Positions 37,328 to 46,525 of a stretch of 64,000 nt of DNA are shown here, in pieces. This DNA is from an uncultured Clostridia bacterium (GTDB lineage Bacteria; Bacillota; Clostridia; Lachnospirales; Lachnospiraceae). The notes beneath the pieces are model-generated. The model was not told the DNA's origin. It searched no databases and was given only the letters and a program-made list of their open reading frames with translations. The position numbers were made by a program, and so were the translations under genes. The stretch is from the NCBI GenBank assembly GCA_948467395.1, contig CAOKDX010000012.1, positions 10,011 to 74,010 of the forward strand. The letters are read 5' to 3'. Within the stretch, counting starts at the first letter, position 1, and each line of letters begins with the position of its first letter.

Positions 37328-39979
37328 TCACTCCGCCAGCTGGGCAAGCCTCTCCTGAACCTGGGCCATCATGCCCTGATATTTCGCCAGCTTCTCCCGC
37401 TCCTGCCGGATCTTCTCCTCCGGCGCCTTATTGACGAAATTCGGATTGCCAAGCATCCCTTCAGAGCGTTTCAGTTCCCCCTGCAGCTTCTTTTCCTCCT
37501 TCCTCAGCCGCTCAATTTCTTTGCCGATATCTACCAGCTCCGCAAACGGCATGTATATCGTCCCATCGGCGATCACGACAGATACGGCATCCCCTGCGAT
37601 CCCCTCCTTTGTCTGCCGGAAGTCCGTCTCACTGGCGCAGCCCAGTGTGGCAAAAAACACTTTATTGTCCTCAAAGATCTTCCGCACCTCTTCCTTCTCC
37701 GACACAACGATGACGGAAACCTTCTTGGAAGGCGGCACGTTCATCTCCCCGCGGATGTTACGGATGCCCTTCACCGCTTCCTTGATCCTCTCCACCTTCG
37801 CCTCATCCTCAGCAAAATTCCGCTCTTGGTTGAATACCGGCCACTGGCTGATCATAATGGAGCTGTCCTCGCTGTCGGTCAGGGTACAGTAGATCTCCTC
37901 CGTGATAAACGGCATAAACGGATGCAGCAGCTTCAGGGCATCAATCAGCACTGTCCGCAGCGTATAGAGCGCCGCCGCCTTCGTGCCGTCCGTCTCGCTG
38001 TACAGACGGGGTTTCACCATCTCAATGTACCAGTCGCAGAATTCCTCCCATATGAAATCATAGATCTTCTGGACAGCGATGCCCAGATCAAAGGTTTCCA
38101 TCAGGGCGGTGACGTCCTTCGCCAGATTATTCACTTTGGATAAGATCCATCTGTCCGCCTGGGTAAACTGTCCTGGATCCACATTTTCATAATCCAGTCC
38201 TTCATTCTGTGCAAAATTCATCAGGATAAAACGAGAGGCGTTCCATACCTTATTGGCGAAGTTCCGGCTGGCCTCCACCCGTTCCCAGTAAAACCGCATG
38301 TCGTTTCCCGGGGCATTTCCCGTTACCAGGGTGAGCCGCAGCGCATCGGCGCCGTATTTGTCGATAACCTCCAGCGGATCGATGCCGTTCCCCAGAGACT
38401 TGCTCATCTTGCGCCCCTGGGAATCCCGGACAAGACCGTGGATCAGTACCGTGTCAAAGGGCACCTCTCCCGTATGCTCCAGACCGCTGAACATCATACG
38501 CATCACCCAGAACGGAATGATATCATACCCTGTCACAAGGGTGCTGGTGGGATAGAAATATTTCATCTCCTCTGTCTCCTCCGGCCACCCCAGGGTAGAA
38601 AACGGCCACAGCGCAGAACTAAACCAGGTATCCAGTGTATCCGGGTCCTGCCGCATCGGTTTCCCGCATTTCGGGCAGACCGCATGATCCTCCTTTGTCA
38701 CGACCAGCTCTTCACAGTCATCGCAGTAAAAGGCCGGGATCTGATGCCCCCACCAGAGCTGACGCGAGATGCACCAGTCCCGGATGTTTTCCAGCCAGTG
38801 GAAATACGTTTTGCTAAAATGCTCTGGCACAAATTTCGTCCTGCCATCCTTTACGGCGTCGATGGCCGGGCCGGCCAGCGGTTTCATCTTTACAAACCAC
38901 TGTTTGGATACACGGGGCTCCACTGTCGTACCGCAGCGGTAGCAGGTTCCCACGTTGTGGTCGTGATCCTCTGTCTTCACCAGCGCCCCTTCCGCCTCCA
39001 GATCCTTTATAATGGCCTCTCTGGCCTCATAGCGGTCCATCCCCGCATATTTCCCATAATCCTCCACGATCCTGGCATCCTCTGTAAGAACGTTGATTAT
39101 GGGAAGGCCGTGACGCAGCCCCACCTCAAAGTCGTTGGGGTCGTGTGCCGGCGTGATCTTTACGACGCCGGTTCCAAATTCCATATCCACATAATCGTCC
39201 GCCACCAGCGGGATTTCCCTATGGACAATGGGCAGGATCAGTGTCTTTCCCACCAGATCCTTATATCTCTCATCCTTCGGGTTCACCGCCACTGCCGTAT
39301 CGCCCAGCAGTGTCTCAGGACGCGTCGTGGCGAGATTGATATATCCACTGCCATCCGCAAAGGCATAGCGCAGATGCCAGAAATGCCCTTTCTGATCCTC
39401 GTATTCCACCTCGGCGTCGGATATGGAGGTGAGACAGTGGGGACACCAGTTAATAATGCGTTCCCCCCGGTAGATCAGACCCTTCCTGTACAGATTCACA
39501 AAAACTTCCTTCACCGCCTTATTGCAGCCCTCATCCATGGTAAAGCGCTCTCTGTCCCAGTCACAGGAGGAGCCCATCTTCTTCAGCTGGGATACAATGC
39601 GGCCGCCGTAAGTCTCTTTCCATGCCCAGGCACGCTCCAGAAACTTTTCGCGCCCGATGTCTTCCTTGGTGACGCCCTCCTCCCTCATCGTCTCCACAAT
39701 CTTCGCTTCTGTGGCGATGGAAGCATGATCTGTCCCCGGCATCCACAGCGTCTCATACCCCTGCATCCTCTTAAAGCGGATCAGGATATCCTGCAGCGTA
39801 TTATCCAGGGCATGCCCCATATGGAGCTGACCCGTAATATTGGGCGGCGGAATCACTATGGTATACGGTTTCTTCTGTGAATTTACCTCCGCATGAAAAT
39901 ATTTTCTGTTAATCCATTTTGTGTACAGCCGATCCTCAATATCTTTCGGATCGTATGTCTTCCCCAGTTCCTTTTTCAT
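37328..39979 (-). CDS. valS: valine--tRNA ligase
   Basis: Class I HIGH ([12 protein letters not shown]) and KMSKS motifs, 883 aa, C-terminal coiled coil. GGAGG RBS before ATG 39979. Confidence 0.95.
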   Translation of the reverse strand: MKKELGKTYDPKDIEDRLYTKWINRKYFHAEVNSQKKPYTIVIPPPNITGQLHMGHALDNTLQDILIRFKRMQGYETLWMPGTDHASIATEAKIVETMREEGVTKEDIGREKFLERAWAWKETYGGRIVSQLKKMGSSCDWDRERFTMDEGCNKAVKEVFVNLYRKGLIYRGERIINWCPHCLTSISDAEVEYEDQKGHFWHLRYAFADGSGYINLATTRPETLLGDTAVAVNPKDERYKDLVGKTLILPIVHREIPLVADDYVDMEFGTGVVKITPAHDPNDFEVGLRHGLPIINVLTEDARIVEDYGKYAGMDRYEAREAIIKDLEAEGALVKTEDHDHNVGTCYRCGTTVEPRVSKQWFVKMKPLAGPAIDAVKDGRTKFVPEHFSKTYFHWLENIRDWCISRQLWWGHQIPAFYCDDCEELVVTKEDHAVCPKCGKPMRQDPDTLDTWFSSALWPFSTLGWPEETEEMKYFYPTSTLVTGYDIIPFWVMRMMFSGLEHTGEVPFDTVLIHGLVRDSQGRKMSKSLGNGIDPLEVIDKYGADALRLTLVTGNAPGNDMRFYWERVEASRNFANKVWNASRFILMNFAQNEGLDYENVDPGQFTQADRWILSKVNNLAKDVTALMETFDLGIAVQKIYDFIWEEFCDWYIEMVKPRLYSETDGTKAAALYTLRTVLIDALKLLHPFMPFITEEIYCTLTDSEDSSIMISQWPVFNQERNFAEDEAKVERIKEAVKGIRNIRGEMNVPPSKKVSVIVVSEKEEVRKIFEDNKVFFATLGCASETDFRQTKEGIAGDAVSVVIADGTIYMPFAELVDIGKEIERLRKEEKKLQGELKRSEGMLGNPNFVNKAPEEKIRQEREKLAKYQGMMAQVQERLAQLAE

Positions 39980-40020
39980 CTCTGCCTCCATACGATTTTA
40001 TATATTCTTCTGTTGTGAAT

Positions 40021-40049
40021 AATATAGCGGAGAAAGCGGGAAATGTCAA
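40021..40049 (-). promoter_or_regulatory. sigma-A-type promoter for valS
   Basis: On the minus strand: TTGACA (40049-40044), 17-nt spacer, TATATT (40026-40021), about 45 nt upstream of the valS ATG. A second TTGTAT-17-TATAAT site lies about 110 nt further upstream. Confidence 0.55.
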
Positions 40050-40214
40050 GTAAAGACGGCGGCTGCCCCGGGTCTTTTGCAGCTTTTCCCCACGCTGTTT
40101 CACTCCAATATTCGGATTCGGATACTGTGTCCGTGATACTAATATTATAACAGAGTTTAACATGACATACAAAATATTTTTACAGGAATAATATGATCCC
40201 CGGACAGAAATATA

Positions 40215-40251
40215 CCGGGGAGGGATTCCGTGTTTCAGGATCCCTCCCCGG
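40215..40251 (-). terminator. terminator hairpin after the GH127-like gene
   Basis: ccggggagggat (40215-40226) pairs with atccctccccgg (40240-40251), followed on the minus strand by TATATTTCT. Confidence 0.55.
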
Positions 40252-40295
40252 CTCCATTTACTTCCGCCTCACTGTGAGAATTGTTCTTCTGGTCT

Positions 40296-43200
40296 TTATT
40301 TTACCGTAACTTTTATTTTTGCTTTTTTCTTTCCACAGCTCACCGTTATAACCGCTGTGCCTTTCTTCTTTGCCTTCACCTCTCCGTATTTATCCACGGC
40401 TGCCACGTTCTTCTTCGAAGATTTATAAGTGAGCCTGCTGGTAGTTCCCGCCGTCATCTTCTTAATCTTAATTCCGGCGGTCCTGCCTTTCCTGAGAGAC
40501 AGCTTATTTTTTGACAGGGTGAGCTTCCGGTTCACCTTATCTTTTTTCACAACCTTGACGGTGATCACCTTTTTCTTTCCGTTCGCCGTTTTCACTGTGA
40601 TCTTTGCCGTTCCGGCTTTCTTTGCCTTTACCACGCCGGTTCGGGAGACAGATGCCACCTTTTTCCTGCTGCTGGCGTAGGTAACCTTCTGGCTCGCCTT
40701 CTTCGGTGAGACGGACGCCGCCAGTTTCACGCTTTTTCCCTTTTTCAATGTGAGCTTATTGCCTGCCAGTGTATAGCCTGCCGCCTTAACGGAGACGGAT
40801 GACGCCTTTATACTGACTGCCGGCGTCTCATTTTTGTTATCGGTACTGCCGCCGGTTCCGGAGGGATTTTGATTCGGTGTACCCTTATCTTCTTCCTTAT
40901 TACCGCCTTCTGCCCCCAGCTCATCCGCCTTCACTGCCGAAGCCGCAAAGCCCTGGACCTCAGCTGCCGAGAGCGCCTTATTAAAGAGCATTACCTCGTC
41001 CAGCGCCCCCTGGTAATAGGCATCCCATGCATTCAAACCAAAGTAGAGTTCCGCACCGGAGTTTGTCATAATACCCTTCGCCACATTGCCCCTGCAGATC
41101 TCTTTTCCATTTTGATAGAGGGTTCCTATCACCGTTCCGGCCGCGGTTCCCTCCGCACTGCCATCCACAACCACTGCCACATGCTGCCACTGGCCTGCTT
41201 GATAGACGTTCGCGGGAGTTGTATCAATATAGGTGCCGTCCTTCTTGCTCCACAGCTTCGCATCAAAGGTTGCGTTGAGCCAGCATTCCGGGCTGAAGGT
41301 TCCCGCCGCAAAAGTGGGATCAAACTCACTTCCGATCTTATCCGGTTTCATCCACCACGATATGGTATAGCTCTCACCAAGGCCGGCCGCTCCCGGAAGC
41401 TTCAAACCATAGCTGCCGGACAATTTCAGCGCCCTTCCCTCTTTTCCCTCTGCAAACTGATAAACCGGGTCTGCCACTGCCGGCGGCACGAATGCTTTTG
41501 TCACTGCCATGGCGTCCCCCACTGTATCATCGAAGGTGTAGCCCTTCACAAAGTTTTGCTTAACTTCCCCTGCAAAGCCGGTATAATCAAACACCACCTT
41601 TAAGATATATTCCTTCTTTGTCTCAAAATCCTCTGCCATTACGGTGACAGGAATCTCCGTCTCCGCGCCTGTTGTAACAAGGGCCTTTTCTTCCTTTTCA
41701 TCAATGGCGTTGCCATCCACCATCACATAGCCGCCTGCATCCTGAATAGAAAACTTCGCTCTTGCCTCTCTATTATATGGCACCAGCAGCTGGTATCGGT
41801 TTCCATCCTTCGTGACCTTCCCTGTGGAGGAGATGATCCCCGTCAGGTCATTGTCTGTCCGGTATGCCCGCATCATATAGAGCATCACGGCAATCCTGCC
41901 GGAAGCCTCATCTTCCTTGCCGCTGGAAAATCTCACCGGAAGAAAGGCAAAGCCTTCCTCAGCTTTTTTCTCTTCCGTTCCCTCCATGCGGCTGGTTTTC
42001 TTATTCGCCGCAATGACGTCTGCCGGAATTTTAAATCTCATCTGATAATGGCTGACGGCGTCACTTGCCGGAAGATTGATATTCACCGCATCCTTCGACG
42101 TGCTGTCCAGCTCACCCGCAAATATCACCGCGTCTCCCACCGTGATCCGCATGGTCTTGCCGTCCTCCTCTTTGGCAAAGGCGCAGAGGAGATAATTGTC
42201 ACCCTTTTCCGTCACCTTAATGTCATATTTAAAGCTCCCTCCGGCATTGGCGTAACGCCAGCATGGATTTGAACTTCCCGTAGATTTTGTACCGGCCTCT
42301 TCAAATCCCAGCTCATCCTGCCCATACCCCGGTCTCGCACCCTCAAGCACGGCGTCCTGTACTCTCGCCGCATTTTTTTCACTGATGATGACCTCGGAGC
42401 CCCTGGCACCCTCATCCACAGAATAGGTCCAGTAAATCGCATAACTCTCCTTGTACTGACTGAAGTGCGGAACAAAAGGAAATGCATTGTCCGTGCCCTT
42501 CAGATAGAATTCCAGCTTTCCCTCTGTTTTCACAAGATTATTGCTGATATCCTCCATATATTCCTTTACCGTGTCCGCCGACTTAATGGCCACCTTGTCA
42601 TTGGGGATGGCTTTTGTGGTGGGAATCGACACATTCACACCGGTGGTGGACTGCGTCTGGCTGGAGGTTCCCAGCTTCGCACTCAGCACATAGGGGCCAT
42701 ATTTAAAGGCATAGGTATTTTCACCGTCCGGCAGGTTGTATGCCGCCGTCTTCATGGGAAGATTGACAACGATCTTCGCGCCATCGGACAGCTGTTCCGC
42801 TGGTATTACCGCATACCCGTCCTTTGTCTCATACTCATACACGGTTCCCCCAATGGTGATCTGTGCGCCCTCCTCCAGCCAGTCGGGAAGGCGAAGGCGG
42901 AGTTCCCCGCTGACTGCCCCTTCTGCCAGCGCACGAACAGTAAACGCCATGGTCTCTGATTTTGTCAGATCCCCCGTCTGGATCAGCTTCATGTTGCCCG
43001 CCTGAAAGGTTACCTCCGATGCCAGATACTGCGACACCACCAGCTTCTTATCCTTCTGATAATAAATGCTGTCATTGAGCTTTGTAAAGTTCTCCAGGCC
43101 GGAACCGGTGCAGCACCAGAATTTCGTCTCCGGTTCACCGAATACCTTCTGGTATCCCCCCGCCATCGGCTGAAAATACATGCTCATCCCCGTCTCCGGG

Positions 43201-45314
43201 TTCTGGGAGGACATAATGGCGTTGATCAGCGTATTTTCATAGTAATCCGTATATTTCGGATCTCCTGTGATCATAAAGAGCTGCCGGGTCATCTTCAGCA
43301 TATTGTATGTATTACATGTCTCGCAGTTGCAGTTCGTCCTCTCGGCATCCAGAATATCATCTGCCCCAAAATGCTCCCATTCACTGTTTCCCCCCGTAAT
43401 ATAGGAATGGTGGTCCAGCACGTAATCCCAGAAGGTCTCCGTATATTCCAGATATTTTTCATCCCCCAGAACCATATAACGCTTCAGGGCGCCAAGGAAT
43501 TTGGGGATGGTCGTATTGGCATGTTTGCCGTCCACTGCATTTTTCTTTCCCTTATTGATCAGCTCAAACAGCGTAATCTCGTCAAATTTGTGGGCTGCCT
43601 GTGCATATTTTTCTGCCGCTGTCTCCCCTTCCTTCGCCTTGACGATGGCATAGAGATCGTAAAGGCAGTCGTTCATGCCCCCATACTCAATGCCAAGTAC
43701 GGTCTTCTGAGTGGCATCGCTCCACCCGCTGACCCGGTTGTATGTCCAGTCTCCCAGTTTTTTTGCCACGGCATAGGCCTCTTCACTGCCAGCCAGCTCG
43801 CAGGCACTGATCAAGCCTGCCTGAATCTTGTGCATGGTGTACCATGGCACCCAGGCCTGGGTCCCGATATTGGTGAGGTTCTTCTCCACGTTGTCAAACT
43901 GAATATCCAGATCCGTTGTACTGGCCAGCTTTGCACCGAAAAGATATCCCTCATATTCCGTCCCTGCCGTCTTGTCCTGACAATCCTTCAACGCTGCGAT
44001 GACATAATCCAGCTTTGTCTTAAGAGCTGCCTTGTCCTCCGCGGACGCACCCTCGTTGACACATGCCTGTGCCATGGCCGTGAGCCAGTGTCCCAGCGTA
44101 TGGCCTCCGATCAGGGCGTCCTCCCAGCCTCCGGGATAGCGCTGCTTGTTTTTCATATATTCTTTTCTTTCTGCCTCCGACATTTTTGCCGCATAGCCGG
44201 CAGTCTCCCGGAATCCGGCAAGCAGCCGGTCTGCGTCAAGCATAAGGAGATAATCAATTTCCTTATCCAGCGAATTGGCATAGTAGGGATCCGTCACCGT
44301 CACCTCGGAAATGCCAAACTCCTTCATCCCCATCAGATCGCTCTTCGCCGGAACAATCACAAGGAAATCCTTCGTTTTCGTTACTTTACCGTAGGTTACC
44401 GATGCCGTCAGGGTCACTTCCACGTCCGGCTGCCCGGCTTCCGGTCTGGTAACCCTGCCATCGTCGGTAATGACAGCGGTATTTCCCGATTTCCATGTGA
44501 TGGTGCTTCCCGCCTTTCCCACTGTGGGGAGCGTGAGATTTCCTGTCGCCCGTGTCTTCACGGTAATATCATTTAGATCTGTCTGCACCATAGAGGCGTC
44601 TCCTGCTTCCTTTATAATAATATAAGTGACATTGATGGCCTTATTTTCATCACCGGTTCCTCTGAGGTTTACGGTGAGCTCTCCATCCTTTACTTCTACA
44701 TTTCCGGCTGCCGTTTCACCGCCTGGGATATTCAGTGCCTCCGCTAATGTTACGCTGCCGTCCTTCTCATAATTCAGGTATACGGACGGGCTCCTGGAAA
44801 CACCCCAGGGGTCTGAGCAGCCAACCTCCACATAATACGTCCCGTTTTCCAGTTCAAACTTATAGTCCAGATAGCGTTCTGCAATGCCTTCCTCGAACTG
44901 GTTCTTCGTGTACCGGTTGCTGCTTGTCTTCGGCAGGTTATCCGATCCCGCCGGATTGAGCTCATAGGGCCAGGTCCAGTCGGTGGATACGCCGCCCGTG
45001 CCAGAGTCCCCGTTAATCAGGGGCTTGCTGATCTCATCGTCAATACCCCACTTATAACCGGTCACCGGATCCTCCTTGTAGACCTGATCCGTCACGCTGT
45101 TGTGGGTTCCCAGCTGATCTCCCTCCGACACCGTATTCACATTATAATCCCCACAGTCCACAAAGTAAATAATGGAGCTGTCTTCCCGGTCTGCCGCACT
45201 TCCCGCCGCCCCGGCCTCCACCGGTGCCGCCAGAACACCGGGCACTGCCATGGCAGCGGCAAGAACAACCGCTGCCGCCCTTCTGCCTCTCTCAAATAAG
45301 CCATTCCTTCTCAT
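40296..45314 (-). CDS. very large secreted multidomain glycoside hydrolase, GH127/DUF1680-like (beta-L-arabinofuranosidase type), with a carbohydrate-binding N-terminal module, a LamG-like module and 3 Big_2 domains
   Basis: Signal peptide (AAVVLAAAMAVPGVLAAPVEA). DUF1680-type motifs (LLAGFRETAG, GGHTLGHWLTAMAQA). The Glu/Cys zinc-site pattern NCETCN plus FWCCTGSG matches the E-x-C...CC catalytic arrangement known for GH127. A LamG-like region is present (YTISWWMKPD...LDEVMLFNKALSAAEV). Three Lys-rich Big_2 repeats at the C-terminus. Confidence 0.75.
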   Translation of the reverse strand: MRRNGLFERGRRAAAVVLAAAMAVPGVLAAPVEAGAAGSAADREDSSIIYFVDCGDYNVNTVSEGDQLGTHNSVTDQVYKEDPVTGYKWGIDDEISKPLINGDSGTGGVSTDWTWPYELNPAGSDNLPKTSSNRYTKNQFEEGIAERYLDYKFELENGTYYVEVGCSDPWGVSRSPSVYLNYEKDGSVTLAEALNIPGGETAAGNVEVKDGELTVNLRGTGDENKAINVTYIIIKEAGDASMVQTDLNDITVKTRATGNLTLPTVGKAGSTITWKSGNTAVITDDGRVTRPEAGQPDVEVTLTASVTYGKVTKTKDFLVIVPAKSDLMGMKEFGISEVTVTDPYYANSLDKEIDYLLMLDADRLLAGFRETAGYAAKMSEAERKEYMKNKQRYPGGWEDALIGGHTLGHWLTAMAQACVNEGASAEDKAALKTKLDYVIAALKDCQDKTAGTEYEGYLFGAKLASTTDLDIQFDNVEKNLTNIGTQAWVPWYTMHKIQAGLISACELAGSEEAYAVAKKLGDWTYNRVSGWSDATQKTVLGIEYGGMNDCLYDLYAIVKAKEGETAAEKYAQAAHKFDEITLFELINKGKKNAVDGKHANTTIPKFLGALKRYMVLGDEKYLEYTETFWDYVLDHHSYITGGNSEWEHFGADDILDAERTNCNCETCNTYNMLKMTRQLFMITGDPKYTDYYENTLINAIMSSQNPETGMSMYFQPMAGGYQKVFGEPETKFWCCTGSGLENFTKLNDSIYYQKDKKLVVSQYLASEVTFQAGNMKLIQTGDLTKSETMAFTVRALAEGAVSGELRLRLPDWLEEGAQITIGGTVYEYETKDGYAVIPAEQLSDGAKIVVNLPMKTAAYNLPDGENTYAFKYGPYVLSAKLGTSSQTQSTTGVNVSIPTTKAIPNDKVAIKSADTVKEYMEDISNNLVKTEGKLEFYLKGTDNAFPFVPHFSQYKESYAIYWTYSVDEGARGSEVIISEKNAARVQDAVLEGARPGYGQDELGFEEAGTKSTGSSNPCWRYANAGGSFKYDIKVTEKGDNYLLCAFAKEEDGKTMRITVGDAVIFAGELDSTSKDAVNINLPASDAVSHYQMRFKIPADVIAANKKTSRMEGTEEKKAEEGFAFLPVRFSSGKEDEASGRIAVMLYMMRAYRTDNDLTGIISSTGKVTKDGNRYQLLVPYNREARAKFSIQDAGGYVMVDGNAIDEKEEKALVTTGAETEIPVTVMAEDFETKKEYILKVVFDYTGFAGEVKQNFVKGYTFDDTVGDAMAVTKAFVPPAVADPVYQFAEGKEGRALKLSGSYGLKLPGAAGLGESYTISWWMKPDKIGSEFDPTFAAGTFSPECWLNATFDAKLWSKKDGTYIDTTPANVYQAGQWQHVAVVVDGSAEGTAAGTVIGTLYQNGKEICRGNVAKGIMTNSGAELYFGLNAWDAYYQGALDEVMLFNKALSAAEVQGFAASAVKADELGAEGGNKEEDKGTPNQNPSGTGGSTDNKNETPAVSIKASSVSVKAAGYTLAGNKLTLKKGKSVKLAASVSPKKASQKVTYASSRKKVASVSRTGVVKAKKAGTAKITVKTANGKKKVITVKVVKKDKVNRKLTLSKNKLSLRKGRTAGIKIKKMTAGTTSRLTYKSSKKNVAAVDKYGEVKAKKKGTAVITVSCGKKKAKIKVTVK

Positions 45315-45589
45315 CGCACTCTTCCTTTCCTTTCTCAGCCGCATATTTTCGTCAATGCAGCCGAGCCTGTATTGCCTCTGCATCTTAGCTCAACGGGTTC
45401 AAACCAGTGCCGCCGGGCTTTTTATCTATTCTATCATGGTTATATCCCACACACCATGCCATAAGGTTCTGTTTGTTGTGGAAAAGTTTTATGAAAATGT
45501 TCGTTCAGGTGTAATTTTTTTCTTGCACTTCTTTCTGTTATGTTTTATCATTGAATATAGCTATAAAGAGAAAGGTATAAAAAAGTTAT

Positions 45590-46453
45590 ATGGATACATT
45601 GAATTTCCATCTTGAGAAGCCACTTCAATTCAACTGGACCGGCAAATTTATCGCCCCGGACGAGAACTGGACCCACATGTCCCGGGCGCTGTCGGATTTC
45701 GAACTGATTCTGATGACAAAGGGAGATCTGTATATCGCTGAGAACGATACCGAGTTTGTCGTCCATGAGGGGGAATATGTAATTATCTGCCCGCCATGCC
45801 ATCAGCACGGATTCCGTCCCTCCCAGTGCACCTTTTACTGGACGCACTTCTCCTATCCCGGAAACCACAGCGACCTGCGGATCCATGAGACGGTTTCCAC
45901 CCCGCTCTCTGCGGAGGAAACCCGGATCCTGCTGCCGGTGCATGCGAAGGTGCCAAGGATGGACCGTATGATCGTACTCCTCAAGCAGCTGCAGGACTGC
46001 AACCGCAACTACCGCAACGTAAATCAGAACAATTATACACTGACCGGTATTCTCTGCGAGCTCTACAGCCAGCTCTTCCTGTCCGGGGGAAGGATCACCA
46101 TGAAGGGGGAGAAGCATCAGCTCTACACGGATATTGTGGATTACATCTCCTGGCGGGTGCGTGAACCGGTAAAGGTACGGGAGGTTGCCGCCTATTTCGG
46201 CTACAATGAAAAGTATATCACTACTTTCTTTAAGAGGTCAGCCGGCATTTCCCTAAAGGCATATATTCTGGAGCGAAAAATGGAACTGGCAAAGTCAATG
46301 CTTACGGACACAAACCTTCCCATCTCACAGATCGGCTATGATATTGGATTCTCAGACAATCATAACTTCTCAAATGCCTTTAAGAAGATTACCGGGCAGA
46401 GCCCCTCCGAATACCGGAATACCTATGCGGAGAGGATGCTGTTCCACCAGTGA
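45590..46453 (+). CDS. AraC-family transcriptional regulator (cupin sensor plus dual HTH)
   Basis: C-terminal AraC HTH signature (ISQIGYDIGFSDNHNFSNAFKKITGQSPSEYR). Divergent from the GH127-like gene. Confidence 0.85.
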   Translation: MDTLNFHLEKPLQFNWTGKFIAPDENWTHMSRALSDFELILMTKGDLYIAENDTEFVVHEGEYVIICPPCHQHGFRPSQCTFYWTHFSYPGNHSDLRIHETVSTPLSAEETRILLPVHAKVPRMDRMIVLLKQLQDCNRNYRNVNQNNYTLTGILCELYSQLFLSGGRITMKGEKHQLYTDIVDYISWRVREPVKVREVAAYFGYNEKYITTFFKRSAGISLKAYILERKMELAKSMLTDTNLPISQIGYDIGFSDNHNFSNAFKKITGQSPSEYRNTYAERMLFHQ

Positions 46454-46457
46454 CAGC

Positions 46458-46507
46458 AAAACGCTGAAACCTTTCCATCCATTCAGGCTTCAGCGTTTCT
46501 TTTTTTA
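46458..46507 (+). terminator. rho-independent terminator between convergent araC-family and EIIC-EAL genes
   Basis: aaacgctgaa (46459-46468) pairs with ttcagcgttt (46489-46498), followed by CTTTTTTTAT. Confidence 0.7.
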
Positions 46508-46525
46508 TGGATAATAAGCGGCCCA

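Noticed and set aside
38438-39880. 480-aa plus-strand ORF antisense to valS. Similar long shadow ORFs occur at 3650-4846 (antisense to the M16 peptidase), 43371-44576 (antisense to the GH127-like gene), 21026-22093 (antisense to the HD-GYP regulator) and 37238-38143.
   Set aside because: Each lies entirely inside a confidently identified gene on the other strand. The translations are low-complexity (R/H/L/P-rich) with no motifs or RBS. Long stop-free antisense frames are expected opposite codon-biased genes at this GC content.
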